In this document: piece after piece, positions 51,193 through 62,511 of the stretch | Position numbering within the stretch: position 1 is the stretch's first letter | Layout: each line of letters starts with the position of its first letter | Source of the DNA: Dehalococcoidia bacterium | GTDB taxonomy: Bacteria; Chloroflexota; Dehalococcoidia; SM23-28-2; RBG-16-64-32 | DNA length: 64,000 nt | Direction: 5' to 3' | Assembly (NCBI GenBank): GCA_963665775.2 | Contig: CAXXTF010000001.1 | Coordinates: forward strand, 608,001-672,000 | Notes under the pieces: model-generated | The model's input: only the letters and a program-made list of their open reading frames with translations | Database searches by the model: none | What the model was told of the DNA's origin: nothing | Translations under genes and position numbers: made by a program

Positions 51193-52440
51193 TCACCCAG
51201 ACCGGAGCGCCTCTATCGGATCGAGGCGGGAGGCCTGGTAGGCAGGATAGATGCCGAAGAAGAGGCCGATCAGCACAGAGACGCCTAGGGCGACGAAGAT
51301 GCTCCAGGGGGCTACCACGGTGGTCACCGGGGTCCCCGTGCCGAATTCCCGTCCGTCGGCGAGCTCAGCGGCGGCGACGCCGGCCAGCACGCCGATCGCT
51401 CCGCCCAAGACCGTCACGATTATCGCTTCAATGATAAACTGCCTCAGAATGTCGCCGCTGTTGGCGCCCACTGCCTTCCGGATGCCGATCTCGCGCGTCC
51501 GCTCCGTCACAGACACGAGCATGATGTTCATGATGCCGATGCCGCCCACGATGAGCGAAATGCCAGCGATCGCTCCCAACAGGAGGGTCAGCGTTCGACT
51601 CACTTGCCTCGCTGTGGCTGTGAGGTCTTCCTGGGTTTCAACCGTGAAGTCCTCGACGAAGTCATGGCTTATGAGCAGGAGCTGCTGGATCTTTTCCTTA
51701 ATCCCATCAACCTTGTTGCCCTCCGTTACCTTGATGACGATCTGGCCGACGTTCGACTCGCCGGTAGGGCTGCGTGCAAACGGCACCCTCTCCTGGAAAG
51801 TGGTGAGAGGTATGAGGATCTGATTGTCATCCTCGCCGCTTCCGGACGCCCCCCGTTCCTCCATGACACCTACGACCGTGAGGTTCAGTGAGAAGGGCCC
51901 AAAGCTCAGGCGCACCCGCTGGCCGATCGCGCTTGCCGGTGTGTCGAATAGATCCGCGGCCACCTGCGATCCCAGTACGACATTGGTGGCGCTTCGGCGC
52001 GCGTCCTCGTCGTTAAGGAACCTGCCGGCCTCAAGATCCCAGCCACGCACGAATGTGAAGTCGGGCTCGGTGGCCGTCATGTTGGCCGAGGTATTTCGCC
52101 CGTTGCCAACGACCTGTGCATCCAGAGGCAGCGTGAATTGGGAGATGACGGCTTCGGTGTCAGGCAGGGTTTTAATCGCCTCCGCGTCGTCGGTGGTCAG
52201 CGTCAGGGCACCTATCCCAAACCGTCCAGCCTGCTCGGTTTCTCCCGGCTCCACAAAGATCAGGTTGCTACCCAGACCGCTGATCTCCCTGGTTACGCCC
52301 GACTGGGCGCCCTGTCCGGCAGCCATTAGGGCGATCACGGCGCCCACACCGATGACGATGTCCAGCATGGTGAGGCCAGTGCGGAGCTTGTTGGTGCTGA
52401 GCTCCACAAGGGCCGTCTGGATCGAGTCCATGATATTCAT
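51193..52440 (-). CDS. MacB-like ABC permease (FtsX domain)
   Basis: GGIGIMNIMLVSVTERTREIGIRKAVGA; GIYPA..ASRLDPIEALR. Confidence 0.95.
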   Translation of the reverse strand: MNIMDSIQTALVELSTNKLRTGLTMLDIVIGVGAVIALMAAGQGAQSGVTREISGLGSNLIFVEPGETEQAGRFGIGALTLTTDDAEAIKTLPDTEAVISQFTLPLDAQVVGNGRNTSANMTATEPDFTFVRGWDLEAGRFLNDEDARRSATNVVLGSQVAADLFDTPASAIGQRVRLSFGPFSLNLTVVGVMEERGASGSGEDDNQILIPLTTFQERVPFARSPTGESNVGQIVIKVTEGNKVDGIKEKIQQLLLISHDFVEDFTVETQEDLTATARQVSRTLTLLLGAIAGISLIVGGIGIMNIMLVSVTERTREIGIRKAVGANSGDILRQFIIEAIIVTVLGGAIGVLAGVAAAELADGREFGTGTPVTTVVAPWSIFVALGVSVLIGLFFGIYPAYQASRLDPIEALRSG

Positions 52441-53165
52441 GCTGGTGCCGCCCTCGGTCGATCCGCAAGCGGCGGTATGGTGACAGTTGCACCGTCTGGA
52501 GGCCCGTCGGAGACCACCAGACCGTCACGCATCCGGATCACACGGCGCGTATAGTCCGCCACCTCCGGCTCGTGCGTCACCACCATAATCGTCATACCGC
52601 GCTCCGCGTTGAGGCGGACGAACATCTCCATCAGGTCCGCCGAGCTCTTCGTGTCCAGGGCGCCTGTGGGCTCGTCGGCGAGGATCAGGGCGGGGTTCGT
52701 CACCAGCGCCCGCGCTATGGCTACGCGTTGCTGCTCGCCGCCGGAGAGCTGGGTCGGCCGATGACGGGCACGGCTGGCCAGGCCTACCTCCCTCAGCTCC
52801 CGCATCGCCAGCTTCCGTCGGTTCGGCGAGCCTTTGTAGATGAGGGGAAGCTCTACCTGGGCAACCGCCGGCAGGCGATGAAGCAGGTTGAAGGATTGGA
52901 ACACGAATCCCACGCGTCGACTGCGCACCCGGGCCAATTGGCTATCGCTCATGCGGCGGATGTCGCGCCCCTCCAGTTCGTAGACGCCGCGGGAGGGACG
53001 GTCGAGACCGCCAAGGATGTTCATCAGAGTCGACTTGCCCGATCCGGACGCTCCCACGATGGCCAGGAACTCGCCGCGTTCGATCTCCAGGTCGATCCCG
53101 CGCAGGGCGGGCACGAGTATGTCGCCGGCGCGGTAGACCTTGGTTATGCCACGCAGACTGATCAC
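52437..53165 (-). CDS. ABC transporter ATP-binding protein (LolD/MacB-type)
   Basis: GASGSGKST, LSGGEQQRV, ILADEPTG. Confidence 0.96.
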   Translation of the reverse strand: MISLRGITKVYRAGDILVPALRGIDLEIERGEFLAIVGASGSGKSTLMNILGGLDRPSRGVYELEGRDIRRMSDSQLARVRSRRVGFVFQSFNLLHRLPAVAQVELPLIYKGSPNRRKLAMRELREVGLASRARHRPTQLSGGEQQRVAIARALVTNPALILADEPTGALDTKSSADLMEMFVRLNAERGMTIMVVTHEPEVADYTRRVIRMRDGLVVSDGPPDGATVTIPPLADRPRAAPA

Positions 53166-55588
53166 GGCCCGCCTCCGCCGCCGCCGGCTCCGCCGCCGCC
53201 GGCACCGCCGCCGCCAGCACCGCCGCCACCAGCGCCGCCGCCGCCACCGAATCTGCCGCCGCCACCACCGCCTGGGAAGGCCGGGGCAGCGGTCGGCTGA
53301 ACGGTTGCCGCCGCACGGCCCGAGAATACGATCACCGCCCCGGCCTCTAGCTCACCCGTGATCTCCGTGTTGGTCCCATCGCTGAGCCCTGCCTGGACTT
53401 CGACCCTCTCCGTCGATCCGTCCTCCCGCAGGATCTCCACGAAGCTTTGCAGCCCCTCGTTCTGGATGGCCTGCGCCGGCACGGTGAGGACGTTCACGCT
53501 CTGAGCGATCGTGATCGTGATGGAGGCGTTCATGCCAGGCAGTGGCCTAACCTCGGCGTCGCCAGCGGCGCCTCCGACCGGCGCCTGGCCAGAGCCACCC
53601 CGGCCCGGCGTAAGGGCTCCACCATCGATGATGGTGTCGACGTTAGAGGTCAGATTCTCGATCAGAGTGTCCACATTCCCCTGCGGGAGGGTGCCGGCCT
53701 CCACCGCCTCGCTCAGGCTCGTCTCAATCTGGTCAATGAGGAAGGAGCTCAGCTCGTCGCGGCTGCGGCCGTGCGCTTCGGCCACGCTGCCTGGCGTCGC
53801 ACCTTCGGAGCCCAGCTCGGACTCCAGTTGAAGCTGTGAGATACCCAGGAAGTCGGCGAACTCCTCGCTGGGGCCCGCCACGTTGAATAGCCCCTGCCCA
53901 GCGCCGCCACCGAAACGGCCCCCACCGAATCCGCCTTCACCGCCCGGCGCCCCTACCGCGCCAGCCCCCGTCCCTGAAAAGATGCTCGCTTCCACCCTGT
54001 ACGTGACGACACCCTGCGTCGTGGTGGGCGCCGTCCCAATCGAGTCGATGACGATCGGGACCGGCGTGTCCCCAAGGGCGTCCAGGAAGGCGAGTCCCAC
54101 CTGGCCGACGGCGACGTCCGCCCGGTCCGATTCGGTGATCGTGATGTCGAACCGGACGGCATCCGGGGTGTTAAGAATGATCGTCGTCTGATTAGGACCT
54201 GTCGCCTGGCCCACCTCGATGTTTAGCGCCGCTACTGTGCCATCGAACGGAGCGATGAGCAAGGCGTCCTCGAGACCGTTCTGGGCGCGTGCGAGCGCAA
54301 GCTCGGCGAGTTGCACTTGTCCGCGCTGCGCCTCAATCTCATCGGCCGTGGCGCCGGCGTACGACTCGTCCCGCTTGAGCTTCGCCGTGTCGAGCGAGAA
54401 TGCGGCGTTGTCAACATTGTGCTGCGCCGACGCCAATTCGTCCGCCGTGGCTCCATCCTCCACCTCCGCCCGCCTTATTGTCGCCAGGTCGAGCGAAACG
54501 GCCGCCGAGGCGATCGCATCATCGTCCCGCGAGATCTCCTCCGCTGTGGGGTCATTCTTCGCCTCCTCAAGCTCCTGCTTAGCCACCTTAATGTCCGCTT
54601 TCGCCGTCTCGACAGCCTCATCGGCAGCCTTCCTTGAGGCCAGAGTATTCTTGTAGGACACGTTGGTGCTCAATAGTTGTGCGGCTTGCGACGCTCGTTG
54701 GGGATTCTCCGTAGTTGTGTCCTTCAGGAGAATAGTTTCGTCCGCGGCGGACATCGGTGCTGCCCGCTCATGGCAGAACGCGATGGCATCCGAATCCGGC
54801 CAGAAATCGTCACAGTAATTCGTCTCTGCGCTCAGCAATGAGGCCTGCGAAGATATGAGGCTGCCGGCAGAATTGTCCGCCGACCGCTGTACGCTTTCGA
54901 GCGTGGTCTGGGCTCTTGTAACGGCCTCTTCCGCGGCCGCCACGGCGGCTTCGGCAGCTTCGAACAGATTGCCCTTGGATTCCATCGCTTGGACTAGCTG
55001 GGACTCTGCCGACATGACGGATTGCTGAGCCGAAAGCAACTCGCTCTCAGAGGGACCGTCCAGCAGGTCCTGAAGGGCCCGGCTAGCCTGATCCAAGTTC
55101 GCTTGCGCCGGCGCCAGGCTCTGATCGGCAGATATGAGCTCGGCGGCGCTGCTTCCCGCCAAGATCTCGTTCAGCCGGACCTGCGCGGACGCAAGGTTTA
55201 GCTCGGCGCTTATCAGGGAGTCCTGAAGCGAGTCCGACTCGATCTCGGCAAGGACGGCACCTTCCTGGACTTCCTGCCCCAGCGTTACGTTGACGGCTAT
55301 GACCTGTCCGGACGTGCCAAACGAGAGCTCCGCAGTCGACTCCGCGACGACCACGCCGCTGGTGCTGATCGTCTGTGTGATCGATCCTTGCGCGACCGTA
55401 GCCGTTTGGACCTCCGTGCCCGACGAACTCTCGCCGTCCAGCACCATGGCCCAGAGGGCATATGCGCCCGCCGCGACCAGCACCGCCAGCAGGGCTAGAC
55501 CAACGAGGCGATTACGCCAACGATGGCCGCCTTCGTCTAGCAGATCGTCGTAATCGTCCACGTCCTCAAGGGTAGGCGACTGGCTCAT
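53162..55588 (-). CDS. MacA/HlyD-like periplasmic adaptor with long coiled coil and Gly-rich tail
   Basis: TM anchor, LSFGTSGQV, LIAPFDGTV, PLPGMNA, VLTVP, GLSDG..TEI. Start 55588 or 55642. Confidence 0.9.
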   Translation of the reverse strand: MSQSPTLEDVDDYDDLLDEGGHRWRNRLVGLALLAVLVAAGAYALWAMVLDGESSSGTEVQTATVAQGSITQTISTSGVVVAESTAELSFGTSGQVIAVNVTLGQEVQEGAVLAEIESDSLQDSLISAELNLASAQVRLNEILAGSSAAELISADQSLAPAQANLDQASRALQDLLDGPSESELLSAQQSVMSAESQLVQAMESKGNLFEAAEAAVAAAEEAVTRAQTTLESVQRSADNSAGSLISSQASLLSAETNYCDDFWPDSDAIAFCHERAAPMSAADETILLKDTTTENPQRASQAAQLLSTNVSYKNTLASRKAADEAVETAKADIKVAKQELEEAKNDPTAEEISRDDDAIASAAVSLDLATIRRAEVEDGATADELASAQHNVDNAAFSLDTAKLKRDESYAGATADEIEAQRGQVQLAELALARAQNGLEDALLIAPFDGTVAALNIEVGQATGPNQTTIILNTPDAVRFDITITESDRADVAVGQVGLAFLDALGDTPVPIVIDSIGTAPTTTQGVVTYRVEASIFSGTGAGAVGAPGGEGGFGGGRFGGGAGQGLFNVAGPSEEFADFLGISQLQLESELGSEGATPGSVAEAHGRSRDELSSFLIDQIETSLSEAVEAGTLPQGNVDTLIENLTSNVDTIIDGGALTPGRGGSGQAPVGGAAGDAEVRPLPGMNASITITIAQSVNVLTVPAQAIQNEGLQSFVEILREDGSTERVEVQAGLSDGTNTEITGELEAGAVIVFSGRAAATVQPTAAPAFPGGGGGGRFGGGGGAGGGGAGGGGAGGGGAGGGGGGP
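53175..53249. repeat. 15-bp tandem repeat x5 encoding (GGGGA)n
   Basis: CCGCCGCCRCCRGC(T/A/G) units at 53175, 53190, 53205 and 53220, with a divergent fifth at 53235. Confidence 0.85.
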
Positions 55589-55645
55589 GTTGAAACTCCT
55601 GGCGTGACTTCCGGAGGCTGCTCCTTGAAGGGTAGGCTCCATTTA

Positions 55646-55682
55646 TTAGGGGTACATTAGAGAACAGTTAGAATCCTTTAAT
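55646..55682. promoter_or_regulatory. Tandem direct repeats resembling an OmpR/PhoB-family binding site
   Basis: TTAGG (55646), TTAGA (55657), TTAGA (55668) at 11-bp spacing upstream of the efflux operon. Confidence 0.5.
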
Positions 55683-55784
55683 CCCCAGAGGCAGTGACGA
55701 ATTCGTTATCTGTTCAGTCACTTGCAGCCCATCTCAGGAGCCGCTAAGCTCCAGTTCCCACCTCCTCAGGATAAGGAGCGGACT

Positions 55785-56609
55785 TTGCCGGTCATCGATA
55801 CGCACGCCCACTTCTGGGAGCGGCCCGCCACCGCACCTCAAGCCAGCGAATCGGGGGAACCGGTCTCCTCTGAGCAGCTGCTCGCCGCGATGGAGCAGGC
55901 AGGGGTCGACAAGGTGATCCAGGTGACGCGGTCCCTGATGGGCTACGACAACCGTTACTCGCTGGAGGGGGCGGCCCGCTACCCGGACAGGTTCAGAGTG
56001 TTCGGCCGCTTTGATCCGGCCGCACCCAACGTGGTATCGCGTCTGCGGTCCTGGCTCGATCAACCGTACATGATCGGCATCCGCCTTATGCTGATCGCTC
56101 CACCCGAGGACGGATGGCTGCAGGACGGGACTCTGGAGCCGTTTTGGGCGGAGGCCGAGAGGCTGGACATCCCCATCGCGGTCTACGCCCCGCACCAGGT
56201 AAGCCGTCTGGCCGCAGTGGGCGAGCGCCATCCCGGGCTGCGGCTGCTGGTGGATCACCTGGGTCTGCGCGTCTTCAGGGTCGACGAGCCGCCCTCGCCG
56301 TTCGAGGACTGGGACGACATCTTCAAACTGGTCGCCGTGCCGAACACGTTCCTGAAGGTGTCCGGCCTTCCGGAGGCCACCTCTGAACGATACCCGTTCC
56401 CCAGGGCAGGGCGGTACCTGCGCGAGCTCTACGAGCGGTTCGGCGCGGACCGGCTGATGTGGGGATCAAACTATCCGGTGACCCTCCATGTTTGTTCCTA
56501 TCAGGAGTCTCTCGATCTCGTCCGGGTCGCCTGCGACTTCATATCGGCCGGGGACCGGGAGAAGATTCTGGGCGGGACCGCCAAGCGGGTGTTACGGCTC
56601 CCCTGGTGA
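55785..56609 (+). CDS. Amidohydrolase family 2 (lactonase-like)
   Basis: IDTHAHFW, VDHLG, LKVSG, MWGSNYP; RBS AAGGAG. Confidence 0.92.
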   Translation: MPVIDTHAHFWERPATAPQASESGEPVSSEQLLAAMEQAGVDKVIQVTRSLMGYDNRYSLEGAARYPDRFRVFGRFDPAAPNVVSRLRSWLDQPYMIGIRLMLIAPPEDGWLQDGTLEPFWAEAERLDIPIAVYAPHQVSRLAAVGERHPGLRLLVDHLGLRVFRVDEPPSPFEDWDDIFKLVAVPNTFLKVSGLPEATSERYPFPRAGRYLRELYERFGADRLMWGSNYPVTLHVCSYQESLDLVRVACDFISAGDREKILGGTAKRVLRLPW

Positions 56610-58132
56610 CGGCCTAGGCAGAGGCGCGTCCAGGTTAACCTAGAAGCTCCGGCGCCATCGGTTGATCCGATATTCCATGGTCGGCTCGTGCTAGGTGAGG
56701 GCGGAGATTGGCAACGCGGGCAGTTCATGGGTAGCTCCTCCTCTAGACTGAGACAAGCCCACCCCGGAGGCCCGAGTTCTGACAGAACCGATATTGGACC
56801 CCCACAGGCATACAGATGGTTGTTGCCCGGTGCTGGGTCGCCTACACTGCGAAAACGGGAGGCCGGCTTCTTGTCCTGTTCAGATACGGGGGAAATCTTG
56901 GCGCACCACACAAATCAGACGCAGTCAGGCGGCGCGAGAAGAGCCAGCACCGGCTGTGCCAAGGAGGAAGCGAAGATTAACTGGCGTCAAAGCAGGTGGT
57001 ACTGGGATCTGCCGGTTCTGACGCAGTGACACAAGCGATATGCCTCAGAACCGCCTCATCCACTACCTTCTGAGATACAAGTGGCGCTACCTCCCTGGCT
57101 TTGTGGCGCTTCTTGGTGCCTCAGTGCTCGTGATGCTGCCGCCCATAGTGATCCGGGAAGCCGTCGATAGTATCACCCGGGGGACCACGATGACCAGGTT
57201 GGCTGCCCTCGGAGGCGTGATGCTGGGACTGGCGGTCGCTGAGAGCGGCCTGCGTTTCGCCGCCCGTCACCTGGTCTCGGGCACATCACGGCTGGTTGAG
57301 TATGATCTGCGCGGCGTCTTGGCGGCTCACCTGATGCGGTTAGACCAACGATTCTATCTGAAATCCCAGACTGGGGATTTGATGGCTAGAGGTACCAACG
57401 ACCTTGAGAGGGTGCGCATGCTGGCGGGGGCAGGTCTCATCGACCTAATCCGGCTCCCGGTAATGATGCTCGTCGGCCTGCTCCTCATGCTCACGATTGA
57501 CGTACGCCTGGCGCTGATCTCAATCGCCTATTTCCCAGTCATCATCGTCATTATCATCCTGGTCCAGACCACCACAGAAGCGAAGTATCGAGCCGTGCAG
57601 GACCAGTTCGGAGTATTGACGAGCCGTGTCCAGGAGAACATCTCTGGCGTACGAGTAATCAAGGCCTACGCCCAGGAAGAAGCGGAGTTGGCCACCTTTG
57701 CCGCGGCGAATCAGGAGATGATAAGACGCACAATGGCCTGGGCATACTACGCAGCCGGATTCTGGCCGGTGATGGTCCTGGCCACCGGCTCGTCGATCGT
57801 TCTAGTCCTCTGGTTCGGCGGCCGCGAGGTCGTGGCCGGACAACTTACGGTCGGCCAGTTTGTACAATTCATCGCCTACCTGGCGATCCTAGCGGGCCCG
57901 GTACTCTTATTGAGCTGGACCGTTATGCTAGTCCAGCAAGGGCTCGCCTCTTGGAAGCGCGTTCGAGAGGTTCTCTCATCGGAACCTCAGATCGTCGAGC
58001 CGAGGCAGTCGGTCCCGCGGATAGCCTCAGGGGGCGATATAGAGTTTAGATCGGTCACGTTTGGCTACAATGATCGGCCGGTGCTGAGGAACGTCAACCT
58101 GAGGATACCGGCAGGCGCCACAGCTGCCTTAG

Positions 58133-59836
58133 CCCGAATCCACCGAAGGACACGGATGGACGGCGTGAGGACAGCGGAAGGGGGTGGGTGAGGGAGCTAC
58201 AGGGGAGATGGCCTGGGGTCTTGGGGTAGATGGGAGGCCGGCGGACGGTCTTCAGTCGCCGCACAGGGCCCCTAAGGCCCTATGCGGGAGTTGCGATGCG
58301 CGGGATGGCGAGAGGATACGCAGCAGGGGACTCTCGCGACCGGGGTGGCGCGAGATTGCGGGGACGTTGGGTCAGTTGCAGGCTGGCCGTCAGGCCGGGA
58401 ATGGAATGGCTTGCAGCCGGGCCAAGGCGCGACTGAACTGGGTTTCCCAAGGCCAGCGCCGGGGGAGATGCAAAGTGAGGCGGCGCGCCGAGCGGGTGAT
58501 CCGTCCCACGAGAGCGAAGACCCGCCGCCTGAGGGTCTTGGTGGTCACGATCTGCTGACCCAGGCCGATGCGGGCTGTCCAGCGGGCCAGGTTATGCGCC
58601 ATCACCTGGACCGCCAGCCAGGCGCCGTTGGCGGCGAAGCGCCCCGACGGCATGTGGTTCAGCCCGACGCCGTACTTGAGGTCGCGTATGGCGTTCTCGA
58701 CCTCGGCGTGGCGGCGATGATCGGCCTCCAGTTCCAGCGTCTCCCCATCGCGGTCGGTGATGAAGGCGTGATAGCTGTATCTGGCGAAGAGGGCGAGCTG
58801 GGAACCGGGCGTCGGCTTCACCCGCCGGACAATGAGCCGCACCGGCGCGGCGTCCGGCTTGGTCTGGAACGGGGTGTAAGTCGTCTCGGCGACATCGGCG
58901 GCGCCGTCCATCTAGTAGGGAATGGGAGTCCAGTCCTCCTCTGGTATCGCCTCGATCAGGTCCCGCAGGCTGGCGCGCTGGCGGATGGTGATAGAGAAGC
59001 GGACATCCATTTCCCGGCAGGCGGCAACGACAGTGTGGGCGTAGAAGCCGCTGTCGGCCCGCACCGTGAGTTGTCCCCTGGCCCCGCCGTAGCGCACCCG
59101 CCCCACCGTCTCACGCAGGAAGTGGGCGGCGCCACGGGCGGTGTTGGCCCGGCCCTCGCGCAGCCGGGACATCAGCACCTCGCCGGTGCCGGCGGCAATG
59201 GCCAGCAGCGGGTGATAGCCGCGGGCGCCGGTATAGCCGTGGTGGCGCGCTCCCTCCTTGGCCAGTCCATAGGTCTCGCAGATGGTCGAGTCCAGGTCGA
59301 TGGTCAGGGGCGAGTCGCCGGGTCCGGCCCCAGCGGCCCAGGCCCGGGCCAACAATTGGCGGCTCACGCGGTCGAGTTGACGGACATGCCCCCACCGGAA
59401 GCTGCGCAGGAAGGTCCCCAGGGTGGATGGCGCCTTGACCACGCAGCCTAGAACACCGACCGTCCCACCAGCGCGCAGCGCATCGGCGTCGTCGATGCAG
59501 TCGCCGCCTGCCAGCGCGGAAGCGACCAGCGTCAGCATCTTGTCCCCAGTGTTCGCCCGTCCCGGCGCTCCGCCGAGGTCAAGGTGATGGTCGACGAGTT
59601 CCCGCAGGCCCAGGTGCCGGGCTAGGGTGGCTGGCAGGAGCAGGCCGGCATTGGCCACCAGGCGATGGTCGTCAAAGAGGATGCGGATACGGTCGGGTTT
59701 GTTCTGTGGCAGCATCTATTGGGTGCTCCTTGTTTCCGGGCTGGTTTCTGTTCCAAAACCATTATCCCAGATTCAGAGGAGCACCCGATGGCTTCTTCAA
59801 GGACTGTCCCCAAGGCCGTCCTTCGGTGGATTCGGG
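58133..59836 (-). mobile_element. IS1380-family insertion sequence
   Basis: 19-bp perfect IR CCCGAATCCACCGAAGGAC; 5-bp target duplication CTTAG (58128-58132, 59837-59841). Confidence 0.95.
58390..59715 (-). pseudogene. IS1380 transposase with in-frame TAG at 58912-58914
   Basis: TIDLDST, GYHPLL, VRADSGFY, EVENAIRDLK; PIPY*MDG. Confidence 0.9.
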
Positions 59837-60520
59837 CTTAGTAGGAGAAACCGGGTCTGGCAAGACCACCCTTGTGAATCTCCTGGTTCGGCTCTTCGAT
59901 CCCTGGGAGGGGCAAGTAACGCTCGGCGGCGTGGATGTGCGGCAGTTCTCGCTGGAAGAGCTGCGTGAAGCGGTGGGCTTCGTCTCCCAAGAGAGCTTTC
60001 TTTTCTCCGATCCGCTCAGGGAGAATCTCTCCTACGGGCGATCAAACCCGCCACACGAAGAGCTGGAACAAGTTATCGAAACTTCACAGCTGGTTAACGA
60101 CCTGCCTCAGTTTACCCACGGCCTCGACACCCTGATTGGAGAGCGCGGCATGACCCTCTCCGGCGGCCAGAAACAGCGGGTGGCACTGGCGCGTGCCCTG
60201 CTTAAGAGGCCGCAGATCTTGGTCTTGGACGACGCCCTAGCGCACGTGGACACCTACACGGAGGAGCAAATACTGCAGCGGCTTCAGGCCTCCAAGGGGC
60301 AGCGAACGACGATCTTGATCGCTCACAGGACCTCCACCGTCGCCTCGGCGGACCTGATCGTCACTCTAGAGGATGGCGCGATTGCGGAGATAGGGACACA
60401 CGAAGATCTGCTGGGGCGCGATGGTGTGTACTCTCGCTTCTACCGTCGACAACTTGTCGCTGAGCAGCTGCAAGAAGAGACACAGGTAGTTCCGCCGGAA
60501 GACCAGGAGATCTCATCTTG

Positions 60521-62317
60521 ATGGTCGACCGCTCGGAAGAAGAAGATCCCGTCGGCAAGGTCTATGACGCCCGTCTCGTTCGGCGGATGTCCGGCTACGT
60601 CCGTCCCTATTGGCGGCCATTAGCCATTTCTGTGGTGTTGCTAACGTGTGTAGCGGGCCTGGAGATTGTTGGCCCCTTGATCGTTCGGTATGCCATAGAC
60701 AACCAGATAGCCCAAGGACGGACCGATCGTCTCGGGCTGTTGGTCGCGCTGTACCTCGGCAGCCTGGCAGCCATTTTTCTCTTGCGCTACGGTCTCACCT
60801 TGCTGATGATCTATATCGGGCAACGGGTGATGATGGCGCTACGCATGGCGCTCTTCTCTCACCTGCAGCGGATGTCCATCGCCTTTTTCGATCGGAACCC
60901 AGTCGGACGCCTCACGACACGCCTCACCAACGATGTAGCCACCCTGGAGATGGTCATCTCTGAAGGCATAATCGAGATCATCACGAATCTCATGCTAGTG
61001 AGCGTCATCGCTGTCGCGCTGCTGGTGCTGGACTGGCGGCTCGCGCTGGCAATGTACGTATTCCTGCCCTTCGGGATCTTTACCGTGCGCTACTTCGCCT
61101 CGGCACAGCGAGAGGCACATCGTGAACAGCGAGCTTGGCTGGCGCGCATCAACGCCTTCCTCAATGAAAACATTTCGGGGATGGCCACCGTGCAGCTATT
61201 CAACCGGCAGAAAGAGAATCTGCACCGGTTCGATGGTCGCAACCAAGGTCTCCTTGGGGCTAGCCTTCGAAGCATTGCCGCTTACGCCGTGTTTGAGCCG
61301 ACGGTGATCATGTTCAATGCTCTCACCACCGCCACGATCCTTTGGTATGGCGGGGGCCGGGTTGTCCAGGGCGCGCTGACTTTGGGCACCTTGGTCGTGT
61401 TCATCCAACTCATGCAGCGCGTTTACTGGCCGCTTCGCGATCTCGCTGACCGATACACGACTATGCAGCAGGCCATGGCTTCGTCAGAGCGAATCTTCTC
61501 GCTCCTTGACGAGCCGGAGGAGATCATCGACGCGTCATCACCGCGACACCTCGTTGATGTCAAGGGCAAGGTCGAGTTCCGCAACGTCTGGTTCGCTTAT
61601 GACGAAGAGAATTGGGTCTTGCGGGACGTTTCCTTCGTAATCAATCCTGGTGAGAAGGTCGCCATTGTCGGCGTGACCGGGGCTGGCAAGTCGACCATCA
61701 TCAGCCTGCTCAGCCGGTTCTACGACGTCCAGCGCGGGACGATTCTGGTGGACGATGTCCCAGTTGACCAGATCCCTCAACGGGAACTGCGGCGCCACGT
61801 GGGAATAGTCTTGCAGGACGCCTTCCTGTTCACGGACACCGTTGAAGAGAACATACGCTTGCGCGATTCGTCGATAACGTCGGCGCAGGTCCGGGAAGCA
61901 GCTCACGTTATCGGCGCGGACGTTTTCATCACGCAACTGCCGGAGGCCTACAGCACACTCTTGGCGGAGCGAGGAGCCAATCTCTCAGTCGGTCAGAAGC
62001 AGCTCCTAGCCCTGACGCGCGTCGCAGCCTTCAATCCCGAGATTGTTCTCGTTATGGACGAAGCGACGGCTAGCATTGATCCGCTGACTGAGGCTGCGAT
62101 CCAGCGTGGAATTCGGCAGGTGACTTCAGGGCGAACGTCGATCATCATCGCACACCGCCTCAATACGATCCGAGACGTGGACTGGATCGTTGTCATGCAT
62201 CAGGGCCAGGTCGCTGAGGTGGGCACTCACAAGGATCTGTTGGTCCAGAGGGACATCTACTACCGATTGTACAAACTGCAATACGACGAACAGGAGTCCT
62301 TCCGGACCGGGGGCTAA
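60521..62317 (+). CDS. MdlB-like ABC exporter (TMD+NBD)
   Basis: FFDRNPVGRL, GVTGAGKST, LSVGQKQL, MDEATAS. Confidence 0.95.
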   Translation: MVDRSEEEDPVGKVYDARLVRRMSGYVRPYWRPLAISVVLLTCVAGLEIVGPLIVRYAIDNQIAQGRTDRLGLLVALYLGSLAAIFLLRYGLTLLMIYIGQRVMMALRMALFSHLQRMSIAFFDRNPVGRLTTRLTNDVATLEMVISEGIIEIITNLMLVSVIAVALLVLDWRLALAMYVFLPFGIFTVRYFASAQREAHREQRAWLARINAFLNENISGMATVQLFNRQKENLHRFDGRNQGLLGASLRSIAAYAVFEPTVIMFNALTTATILWYGGGRVVQGALTLGTLVVFIQLMQRVYWPLRDLADRYTTMQQAMASSERIFSLLDEPEEIIDASSPRHLVDVKGKVEFRNVWFAYDEENWVLRDVSFVINPGEKVAIVGVTGAGKSTIISLLSRFYDVQRGTILVDDVPVDQIPQRELRRHVGIVLQDAFLFTDTVEENIRLRDSSITSAQVREAAHVIGADVFITQLPEAYSTLLAERGANLSVGQKQLLALTRVAAFNPEIVLVMDEATASIDPLTEAAIQRGIRQVTSGRTSIIIAHRLNTIRDVDWIVVMHQGQVAEVGTHKDLLVQRDIYYRLYKLQYDEQESFRTGG

Positions 62318-62450
62318 GCTTGCCGTCCCACATCCTCGCTCTCAATGGTAGGGACGAACAGCTTGAGGGTCCCCCGGTAGGACCGAACGGTTTCGTCGGC
62401 CTTCCCCGCGATGCGGCAGGAGATGACTTTAGGGAGCCTGGTTGACACCT
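62314..62450 (-). pseudogene. Tyrosine recombinase N-terminal (SAM-like) fragment
   Basis: ISCRIAGKADETVRSYRGTLKLF, then an early stop. Confidence 0.45.
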
Positions 62451-62511
62451 CGCATCGTTGATAGTATCTTAGGGTTTCAAACAGTGCCGGGCACTGGCCA
62501 GGTAAAGTTCG

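Larger units (their letters stand above)
57040..60521 (+). pseudogene. MdlA-like ABC exporter interrupted by IS1380
   Basis: Removing 58133-59841 restores GATAAL-VGETGSGKTT (Walker A); LSGGQKQR downstream. Confidence 0.93.

Noticed and set aside
53175-53249. Non-coding VNTR or array
   Set aside because: It encodes the Gly-rich protein tail, with wobble-position variation.
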